Source: Neolecta irregularis DAH-3
Lineage: Eukaryota
DNA length: 20,000 nucleotides
Direction of reading: 5' to 3'
Assembly (NCBI GenBank): GCA_001929475.1
Contig: LXFE01000976.1
Coordinates: forward strand, 51,120 to 71,119
The position numbers and the translations under genes are program-made. Within the stretch, counting starts at the first letter, position 1. Each line of letters opens with the position of its first letter. The notes beneath the pieces were generated by a model. That model made no database searches, was not told where the DNA came from, and saw only the letters and a program-made list of their open reading frames with translations. Below, one piece after another: positions 10,247 through 20,000 of this stretch.

Positions 10247-11178
10247 GTGTACCTATGGAATCGTACCAACAAATCTGTGACCGTCCTCCCCCAACCTCAC
10301 CACCACCTATGCAACTCACCACTACCTCACTACCACCAGCTGCTAGCCATCTACGCAATGCAAGTAACCTTGAATTCCAAAACTAATCAAGAGTAATATA
10401 CAAATTTCCTTCCATAATACACCTACTACCTCGCCAGTCTTTCTTTAGTAATCCCATATACCCACTTATTAACCTCATTGTAAGTCTTATCTATACCACC
10501 ATGGCATATACAGGTGTGACTTTTCAATATATAAATATGCATCAGAAGTAGAAACAGCCCTTCTATCCTCAGTGAGTTGGTGTGGTGGCGGTGGTTATTT
10601 CCCTTTACGTTTCGTGTATTTTACATTTCGTGCGGAACACATCAGTTACTTGATGAATAATATAAGCATATAGCATTGAAAATAGAACATCCAAGGCTGT
10701 CTCCACTTATGTCCCACTTGTGGTACGAAAATGATATAATAATAGTTTGGATGATTTTATAAAAGGGTTACTTGTTTGGTTGTTCCTTTGGTCAGAGTCT
10801 AAGTTCTATAACCGATGCGGCTATTTCTGTTTCCAAGTAGACGGGTAGGTGCTTGCTTGTAGGACTGGCCAATAATGCTCAATTCATCCCGCAAAGGAAT
10901 CTAACAATCTGTTTTCTTTGTAATTGGGCAGAGATGACAGGAAAGGTGGTAATACAAACATCCTGACTGATAACTGACAATTAACTGTGGGATCGTTCAT
11001 AAAGCAGTTTGAACAATAACGTTCCTAACGCTAGCTTGCTTATACTATCATCACGCATTCTTCTTGACAGGTATTGAGAATCCGAAGGAGCAGATAGAAT
11101 TGCGCCACAAGTTAACTCCACAAGAACAAAGCAGTAGAGTGTTTAAACAATCATAAAACACTTGAGATACTATATAAA

Positions 11179-14100
11179 TCACATCCACCACATAAGATTG
11201 ACAAGCTTATCTGAGATCTTCTTCAAAGGCGCAGGTTCATGATCTCCAGAGGCTCCGCTGTTGATACTCTGGGTCTCTGAATGATGCTGTAAGAGAAGTG
11301 AACCTTGATTGCCAATAACATGAGCATGGTAAATCGGAGTTACTGTGGTCAGTAAATGTGCGTCGGTAGTTGACACACAAATAGAAACAGATGTAGTAGA
11401 TCGGCCAAACGTATGGCACATGGCAAAAATTGCATTTTGAAGAGGTTCTGCCTTGAACCCATTTTCATCTTTGATAACATCTGTATTTGTGAGTCAAGTC
11501 CTGCATCTAGAGAGCATGCTGTAGTAAGTTGGTCGCGCGGTGCCTTGAATGGCAGTATGAGAGTTCAAAACTTGTGAAAGATCAGTAGTAGTTAACATAA
11601 GAACTCACAGAAATCGAAATCCACGGGATGCGTGACGACTTTCTCAATTAAAGTCCCTGGGACAAGATTTCCATTCCTATCGGCTGCTTCGGAAGAGACA
11701 GGGAAAAACCTGGTATGATGACGCTGATGGATTAGTGTAAATAGAGCTCAGGATAATTACTTTGGTCGCAATAACAACAGTAATCCTTGGTCGAGAAATT
11801 TTCAGTTGCGTACATGCATCTTTATCATTGTCATCATTAGAAGTATAGGTATGAACCTTCAATGTCTTTGACCTCAATAGCATTAACTTGCGCATATTGG
11901 CCGTCGGAAACACCATCTCGGAAATAAACAATTCTTTGAGGATGTTTTTTGTTTGAAATGATCCATTGCTGTATAATTTCCTTGGCCATGTCTAAATCTT
12001 TAGCTTAATTGGAGATAAACGAAACTCTTCATGTCGGCGATCATTTCCTGTCGTGATGTCTGAGTTCCAACACGGCCAACCCATTTACAGGTCGCAAAAT
12101 CGATGCATCCAACAACACTAGGGAGAGAAGACTGCTGACTACCAGGAGCAGCTATTGCATAAGAACGCAAATAGAGTTTAAAGAAATTTACCGTGCGAGA
12201 CATCCGCGCCAAGAACAAGCTACTAGATCAGCATTATAAAAACTCTTAATCTCACGGTAGGTTTATCTGCGAACGGAGTATTTGCAACCGGAAGCTTATT
12301 GTTAATACCTCCAAGTTTCTGGTTGACTTTCATGATAACGTTTCGGCAGAGATTGGGTCGGGCCTATTGCTAAATCTAGTTCTAATTGGATTACATACAT
12401 CGCATAAATTTTTAGCAGTAATCACTTGCGAAGTAATCCCAGCTGTATAAAATATGCTTTTTACGAACGGATATAGTTGACTATTCTTGTCTTCGACAAT
12501 GATAAATACCATCCCAATTGGTTTTCCGCTCTTCTTCTGAGTATTAACGAGGAAACTCTTCACATCTTGTGCGAGATCAGCGACTGCAGGATTGAGCGTA
12601 GTGAATGCAGGCGGCGCTGTTCCAAATGACATACCTTAAGTTAATACTGAGTCAAGAGAATTACAACCTGCGTGCGAGGCAGAATTGGTAAGTTGGTCAA
12701 CAAAAGGCTTCGCATCTTCATATCCTCTAATTCTTCGGGCATAGGATATAATTGCCCAGCTTAAGACAGATTTAGGCTAATTCGTGAGATTCTACCGTAG
12801 CGGAAAGACAAGTACCTCGATAAAGGACAAATCTTGCTGTTCTCTATCCCATTTCCCGAAAATAGGCTTGAAGATATGGGATGCACGCGCTTTTCTCGGG
12901 TTTCTAGCGAACTCGAGGCTAGGTGGGCTAAGTAAACGTGCATTTATCTTGACCATATTATGCGAAATCTCCATTCCGAATTCTTTGAGATATGGATCGT
13001 TCTGCCATTTCAATGCTTCTACGTTCTTCTTGATTTCGGCTTTTCTCTTCATGGGACCCTTTAGATTAGAAACTATTAAAAATGACAGAAGAAAGCTACC
13101 ACACAAGCAAATTTGATCAATTCGGCCATTTGAGACGCGTCCGGCTGCGATCCAAGGGCCGTCATCTTGTCAATTAGAGACCTTTCAACTCGGTGATATA
13201 CCCCGTCGATATTCACAAAACATAATTCAAGGGGAATCGCAGTTCGATTTTGATTTTGTACAATCACAACTGGAAGATTGGGATATTTGAGGTTGTATTT
13301 CCATGCATCTTTGAAATGTTGAGCAACGGTGACTTTCTGTTCGTCCTTGATGAACGTGAGCATGTTGGCAGGCCTTCCAAGATTGTTAAAAGTATATATC
13401 TTTTTTAACGAGACATTGTCTCGCTTCATGTATGTTGTGTAAAACTTCATTTTACAAAACAGACTGTTGATTCGTCTGAGCTGATCTTGGGGCATGCCTC
13501 GGGCTGGATCACTGTTGGTAACTCTTTCTATAAGGCTCATCATGGAAACTTCACCGATATTCTGCCAGAAAACTCGGGTGGTGATATCAACGATTACATT
13601 CAGATTACCTGCTGGTAAGCTCCCGGCGTAAATCAGGAGGAAACCCAATGTCGGACGGACTGATTGATAAATGCCTCGCCTTGCCTGTACAAGTCTTGGT
13701 AGTTGTAAGGATTCAAAGTTATCTGGGTAAAAGCCTCTGCCGACAGAAGTAAATCTTTCTGAAGGACGTTGTCGCAATAACTGTGAAATCACATTGACGC
13801 CTATATTGTCAGATAGTCATCCTGTCACATGTACATTGAATAACAGAATCATCTTTGGCGTAATTTCTTTTAAGATATTTGCTGAGAACGTCCATATTGA
13901 TCTCCGCGACCTTTCGAATCGTGACAAGCAAATCTGATTTGCTCGCAATTCCGGATACCGACACAACAATCCCGTTTCCAAATGGCAAAGGTCCCAAGGA
14001 CCAAGCAAGTTTGTTTTCTTGATTGTCAGTAACGAGTAGAAAAGCCTGGTAGATACCATCGTAGATCACACGGCGCTTTTCGAAGGCCGCTTGTACTTGC

Positions 14101-14585
14101 TTTGAGTTCCAGACTTCCTTGCAAAACTCCCGCGGGAGTCGACGTGCCTGCGGACCTTGGTGCTTGCCTGAATCTCCAATTATAACCTAGTTTCAGTCTA
14201 AAGAAATAGCAAATGGGATTTACCTCGTACTGAATAACGGTCAGATTGGACAGGCCTGTGACGGGAAAATGGTTTGCTTCAACCACAACCGATTGCCCCT
14301 GTAGTATGTTAGTGGAAATCAGATCTTCAGTCATGCTGTTTCGTTATAGTTTGGCCGGACTACCATGTCCGTGGTTTTAACATTCCCCAATCCTTTCGTT
14401 ATCTCTGCAACAGGGTCAACTGGCCCAGTCGGACGAACGAACTGCGGTCCAGCATTGTAGTTTGCTCCTCCCCTACCTCCTCCTCCTGCTCCTCTGCCTC
14501 TAAATCCACCCCTTTCTCCCTGCGCACCTCGGAAAGATCCTCGCGGATGATAGTCAGAACCTCGTCCTCGTCCTCGACCGGACAT
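11179..14585 (-). CDS. ago1: Argonaute (RGG-rich N-terminus, N, PAZ, MID, PIWI) with DEDH catalytic tetrad; 18 introns
   Basis: ANHF, YQSVRP, TVAQHFKDAWKYNLKYPNLP, IPLELC, MKVNQKLGGIN, GADVSH, RQEMI, YFRDGVSDGQ, KRHHTRFFP, SHTAIQGTARP, YHAH, C-terminal MWWM. Introns 14299-14336 (GC), 14187-14223, 14018-14056, 13801-13834, 13609-13644, 13166-13201, 13059-13099, 12777-12815, 12635-12667, 12364-12398, 12220-12255, 12152-12191, 11992-12025, 11820-11856, 11724-11760, 11571-11608, 11481-11519 (GC), 11343-11378. The family is certain; the paralog name is not. Confidence 0.95.
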
Positions 14586-14888
14586 GATTATTTGCAATAG
14601 AAGAGGTCCACAAGAGTGAATGTTTAGCAGCTGTATTTCGATGATGTAAGGGTATCCTGAGTAAATGTGGCAAAAGCGTGTTTTATCCAGGTATTACAGA
14701 GTAGGGGAGTTGGTGGCGCCAAATTACCAAGAAATGACGATAAAAGAAACTAATATTATGATATCAGCTAATACCCTAATTTTCAAAAATAAAACCAAAT
14801 TTACAAGTCCGGTTTTGGAATTGCATGATATATTTTCTTGTAGCTGTCGAACGCAGCCAAGTAGTGAATCCAATTTAGCCTGTACCAC

Positions 14889-15757
14889 ATGTCCAATCCC
14901 CCTTTCCTTGAAGCAGTTGCGCTTGATACAATCTCCTCAGTTTCAAACCGCTCCATATTCTCTGCAAAACTCCATTCGTCTTGGTGTATCGGCTCTGTGC
15001 CTCATGGGGGATACCAGTCGTCGATTTTAATTTCAGCTTTACAGAAACATGTTCGACACCACCATTCACAAACACCGGATATCTTCCACATCTCGATTCG
15101 TTTTCCAAACAAATCAGATGTTGGGCCAGCGGAATTTGTGGTCGTCCCGTTAAAACTGGGCCGAACTTACTGTTATTTTCAAGTCAAGTTACGTCAAAAT
15201 AACAAAACAAATATCGAAGCTACCGCCGTTTTTGGAAACTTTGACATAGAGATCGGCCCATCCTTTCCTCCGATTGGCATAACACCCATCAGTATTCGCA
15301 GTAACTGCAAGAAAACTGAACCAGCATTCCAGGATTTTCGAAAAGCAGCGAAATTTCTTGAGTATCGCGTACCCGAAACAGTTGGAGAGCGAGAGATTTT
15401 ACAGTGGGTTCGCTTCAATGATTCCACGCCCATAAATGATACTGGGCTGGGCTTTATCTGCGATATGGTATCCTATTCGGTATAAGCGCATGACTGAAAG
15501 AACAGTTTTCTCCTCCTGATTGGATTGAATCTAACAAGATCCACTGGTTTCCAACACTTGTTTTAGAGATCCAGTTTCGTAAGAGGTTCCAAATGGAATG
15601 GGTGCATGTGTTTTCGAAGACACGGATGATGCAGAATGGGCGCTTTGACCTTGATGTTGAAATTTGCGGGGAGAATGGCGAGTTACTTGCGCTCAGTCGA
15701 CATATGTGCATTGTATTGGATTCTTCTCGAAATACTGGCAATATCTCGCGTCTTTAG
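14889..15757 (+). CDS. Hot-dog-fold acyl-CoA thioesterase-like protein with C-terminal PTS1 (SRL)
   Basis: WCIGSVPHGGY, KLGRTY, LGFICDM, WFPTLVLEIQFRK, NGRFDLDVEI, GELLALSRH; one intron 15468-15505; ends ISRL*. Confidence 0.87.
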
Positions 15758-16225
15758 ATCTTTCCATATTTTTGAGAGCAAATTAATCCATTCCAAGGGT
15801 GTTGTCGCAAATCAAATCTCTCCAAGAACAACTCATCACTGTAGTCAATCCAGCATCCATGTTCGAAATAAATCTCTCGTGTCTCTAGCCCTCCGTTGAA
15901 ATATCTAGAAGAATCATGTATTCAAGAAGTCTTTCTCCACTATAGCTGACAGCAACCGCTTTTTAAACAGGAATTTTTAGTCTAGCGCAAAATATCCGTG
16001 TGAAGATTTGGATGGGAACATCCCAATGGTAATTTATTTCATGACAGGCGCATCTATCCAATATGCCTTTGTGGATAAAGACAAATTCAGCAAAAGAAAA
16101 GAATTGGGCGCTCGTAGTTTCCTTTGGTTACGTCATTTTTCTAAGTGTGGTACTTGCAACTCCTCAAATAATTTACTCAACCTCCTAAACCTCCATCCCG
16201 ATCTTTTTCTCGCCTCTTCGACGAT

Positions 16226-18556
16226 ATGTCTTTTGGAGAGATTGATCAGCTATGCATCAACACTATTAGAGTTTGAACCCTATCTGTATTTTCTGGTTGA
16301 TGAATAGATCCTAGCTGTAGATATGACATTTCAAGCCAATTCTGGCCATCCAGGTGCACCAATGGGGTTGGCGCCAGTTGCTCATGTGCTATTCAACAAA
16401 GTTTCCTCTTCAATTTTTGTGACTCAACTGATGGCCATGTAGTTTATGAAATTCAACCCCAAGAATCCAAAATGGGCCAATAGAGACCGATTCGTTTTGT
16501 CTAATGGTCATGCTTGTGCATTGCAATACATCCTGTTGCATCTATACGGATATGATATGACCATGGAGGATTTAAAAAACTTTCGGCAAGTAAATTCCAA
16601 AACGCCTGGCCATCCCGAAAACCATATATCCGGAATTGAAGTCACCACTGGCCCACTTGGTCAAGGTAGATGTTACTGTTGAGAATTAATAATCTAACTG
16701 GTTAATAGGGTTTTCCAATGCCGTTGGATTAGCTCTGGCTCAAACACATACAAGTGCAACTTTCAACAAAGATCAGTTTGACGTTATCAATAACTACACC
16801 TACGTTTTTACCGGGGATGGTTGCCTCATGGAAGGTGTTGCCTCCGAGGCTGCTTCCCTGGCTGGTCACTTGAAGCTCGGTAATCTTATCTGCATTTACG
16901 ATGACAACCACATCTCTATTGATGGAGATACAAACTGCGCTTTCACGGAAGATGTCGACAAAAGATTTGAGGCTTACGGATGGCAAACCTTTGTTGTCGA
17001 GAAAGGTGACACTGACCTTGAGTCTATCTCTGCAGCCATCGAAAAGGCCAGAAAGGTTCGAGACAAACCATCCATTATCCGACTGAGGACAACTATTGGA
17101 TTTGGTTCCAAGATTGCTGGGACCGGAAAGGTTCACGGAAGTCCGCTCAGCAAAGAAGATGCTATGCATGTCAAATCAATCTTTGGCTTCGACTCTGAGA
17201 AATCGTTCCAAGTCCCCGATATAGTTTACGAATTTTATCGTAAAACTGCCACAAAGGGAGCCAAAGTCGAGAAAGAATGGAATATCCTTTTCTCCGAATA
17301 CGAAAATAAGTATTCATCAGAAGCCGCCCAACTTAAAAGGCGATTGACAGGGAAGCTCCCTGAAGGTTGGGAGAAATCCCTTCCAACCTATTCTCCCGAA
17401 GATAAGGCTATCGCTTCAAGAACTCTGTCTCAGACTATCATTGAGAAACTTGCTCATGTCATTCCAGAATTCATCTGCGGGTCTGCAGATCTTACAGGTT
17501 CAAATCTAACGCGATGGAAGGATGCTGTTGATTTTCAACACGTATGCCGTATCTACTGAAACATCTGCTTACTTGCAGCCATCAACCGGTCTTGGTGATT
17601 ACTCCGGCAGATACGTTCGATACGGAGTTCGAGAACATGCCATGGCCGGATTGATGAATGGAATGGCGGCCTACGGTACCATCATCCCAGCTGGAGGAAC
17701 TTTCTTGAATTTCATCTCTTATGCCGCTGGAAGCGTTCGTCTTTCTGCATTGTCTCACCACCAAGTCATATATATAGCTACCCATGACTCTATTGGACTG
17801 GGAGAAGATGGCCCAACTCATCAACCTATTGAAACAATGGCTCACTTCCGAGCCTTACCAAACATGATGGTCTGGAGGGTATCCAAGAACATTATCTATG
17901 TAGCTGATAATTCAGCCCGCCGATGGAAATGAAACTTCTGCTGCTTACTATATTGCCTTAACAGAAAGAGGAAAACCTACGATTATGGCTTTGTCTCGTC
18001 AGAACCTTCCGCAATTGAGCGGCTCGACTATAGGAAAAGCCATCAAGGGAGGCTACACGCTTCTAGAGACCCACGAGAAGGCAGATATCACACTCATCTC
18101 CACCGGTAGTGAAGTTGGGATTTGCGTCGATGCCGTGAAAATCCTCAAAATGCAAGGAATCAAAGCCCGAGTTGTTTCTCTTCCTTGCTGGGAAGTTTTC
18201 GATACGCAATCCAAAGACTATAAGTATGCATTTGATTTTTATATCTCAAATCTAACTGTCGCTAGACTCTCGGTCCTGCCTGATGATATTCCTATTCTTT
18301 CCGTGGAAGTTTATTCCACCCTCGGATGGGAGAAATATTCCCACGAGCAATTTGGAATCAACACATTCGGTGCTTCCGGGCCATATAAAGATGTATATAA
18401 AAAGTACGACTTCATCCCTGAGGGTATCGCGAAGAGGGCTGCGCAGACGGTTGAATTTTGGAAAGGTATATGTCTGCGAAATCGCCGATCTCTAATAATT
18501 AAGATGTTAAACCCATTCGTAGTCCCCTGAACAGAGCATTTGAGCAATTGATCTAA
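16226..18556 (+). CDS. TKL1: Transketolase
   Basis: [76 protein letters not shown]; ends [11 protein letters not shown]. Introns 16271-16307, 16401-16442, 16666-16708, 17542-17578, 17879-17915, 18224-18265, 18466-18503. Confidence 0.97.
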
Positions 18557-19427
18557 ATCCGTAGTCTGCATGTCAAAAATGAAAATATTGCATACAAGCA
18601 TGATCTTTTGCATATAGCTGAAAAGAAATACCATATCTTAGTTGCCTTGTTGCATAATTTTTAGGAGATCAAAGTTCCGCCTATCTTGTTTTTGTTTTAG
18701 ATTCCATACTAGGTCCCCGAAATACCAGCCAGTACTGCAATCTCTGTGTAAGCTATGCGCCTAGAAGTACGATAAGACCAAGTGTTACAACTAGCCTAAG
18801 TATTCGTAAGGAATATCTAGCTTCCACCTTTATATACTTCCCGTCAAGCCACCTTGCCGTATTGGTAAGATATACCCTGTGTGTATATCCTTACGCTCTG
18901 TGTCACAGATCTTGTTGATAAGGCCCTGTACAGGACATCAAAACTGTTAACACGAAAATTCCTCGCCACTACCCAATTTACCTCTTGAGAAAAGTGACAG
19001 ATCAATTGATGGCACTACAATAAAGAAAATGCAGAATCAGACCAGAAGAGAGGCGTAGCTGGAAAGAAATTCCAAGGCGGGACCAACATTGGGAGTAACT
19101 TGAATGGAATCAAAACAATTCACAATATGTTACCCAGTGTTCGTTGCGCTGTATGCATTTGGATGAAGATTGATGCAAATTCTACAATCGTTCCTGGTAT
19201 ATGATTCGCCATACATTGAATAAACCTAAAAATACAGGATGGCAGTCAAAAGTCGTAGCATCTGGGTATTAGAAAAATGGGTTAGATTTGAAAATCCATC
19301 GACGATTTTGGAGGTGCCAGCAGTCCCTGTGACTTCCTTCGTGTGCAAAATCAACATCATCAAAACAATCCCTCTATCTCTTTTTTTTCCTATTCAAAAG
19401 GCGTACTTATCCGAAATCTCACCAGAA

Positions 19428-20000
19428 ATGGAATCACTGCTTGCTTCTGCCTTTGATAAAGTACTAAATATCCTTCGAGATACCCAGCATTAAACGGTGC
19501 AGTTGTCCTCATATGACCCCTTCGCATTGAGGAAAGGACTTCGTTTAATCGAATCGCTCTTGGCGCAGCTATGCCTAAGGAGCACCCCGACGAAGGACGG
19601 CGTGTTTTACACAAGGCTACCACAGTTGGAAGATGAAGACGATGCTGCAATGCTTGAATTTCTGAGATTGCAAGATGGATTTGAATGGAATGGTAGGGTT
19701 TCGTCAAGAGTGGGCTTCGGTAACATTGATTCAGTCTCAATGCGTTTGATTACATGCTTGGAAAGGTTACTAGGGAAGCAGAGTAGTATGTTTACTATTC
19801 ATCAAAAGTCTTTTGATTTGCTGATGGCTGAAGATCAGCAGACAAATGCCTTGATTTGGTCAACACTAGACTTGCTCCAAGGATTGATGTTGATGCATCC
19901 GGCCTCACAGCGTTTGTTTGCTCGAGAAGTGAATATGACAGTACTGTTAAACTCTAAGAATAATACTCATGTGTCAGATTTTACTTGATCTATTGGAACC
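19428..20000 (+). CDS. cdc14: Septation initiation network protein of the S. pombe Cdc14 type (Sid1 partner, not the phosphatase); continues beyond the window
   Basis: MESLLASAFDKLSSYD...RKGLRLIESLLAQLCL, EFLRLQDGFEWNVSMRL, TLDLLQGLMLMHPASQRLFARE, ILLDLLE. Introns 19461-19502, 19693-19734, 19786-19833, 19941-19977. Confidence 0.85.

Noticed and set aside
10688-10697. Minus-strand CCTTGGATGT, antisense to 18S rRNA like U14 snoRNA domain B
   Set aside because: Only 10 nt, not followed by box D CTGA, and no U14 domain A nearby.
10765-10772. GGGTTAC resembling a fission-yeast telomeric unit or telomerase template
   Set aside because: Single short occurrence expected by chance; no array or supporting structure.
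11179-14597. Fragmented Argonaute ORFs as a pseudogene or frameshifted gene
   Set aside because: Every break is explained by a 33-41 nt intron and the catalytic residues are intact.
751-18634. Numerous antisense and alternate-frame ORFs in the track (e.g. 751-975, 1295-1651, 9758-10222, 12784-13116, 16729-17169, 18311-18634)
   Set aside because: Shadow ORFs overlapping well-supported genes, with no recognisable motifs.
18466-18663. Cryptic PTS1 on transketolase through last-intron retention or stop readthrough
   Set aside because: Retention ends in FVVP* and readthrough of TAA ends in LHNF*; neither is PTS1-like.
19239-19427. Upstream in-frame ATG extending cdc14 by 63 aa
   Set aside because: Family similarity begins at MESLL (19428, A at -3); the extension crosses a T-rich promoter/UTR-like tract.

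Overview
Gene-dense eukaryotic (fungal, ascomycete-like) window with ten intron-containing protein genes: INO1 (minus, runs off the left edge), a two-LIM-domain protein, DBP3, DUS4, KTI12, a small Smr-domain gene that looks damaged or oddly spliced, an 18-intron Argonaute with an intact DEDH slicer tetrad, a hot-dog thioesterase ending in PTS1 (SRL), transketolase, and a SIN-pathway Cdc14-type gene (runs off the right edge). I reconstructed 50 introns by hand using protein continuity. All are 33-48 nt with very degenerate donors. Four use GC donors that all read GCATG, ten use AAG acceptors, one KTI12 intron only works with a CG acceptor, and one Smr intron has no usable GT donor. The compact layout suggests an early-diverging ascomycete (Taphrinomycotina, possibly Neolecta-like); this is inference only. 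The top regulatory candidate is an AUG-free INO1 leader carrying a CUG-initiated 28-codon uORF (ending HHPFRSSRRGCSANPRAAK), which could be a metabolite-sensing stalling peptide. No rRNA, tRNA, CRISPR or intact mobile element was recognised.
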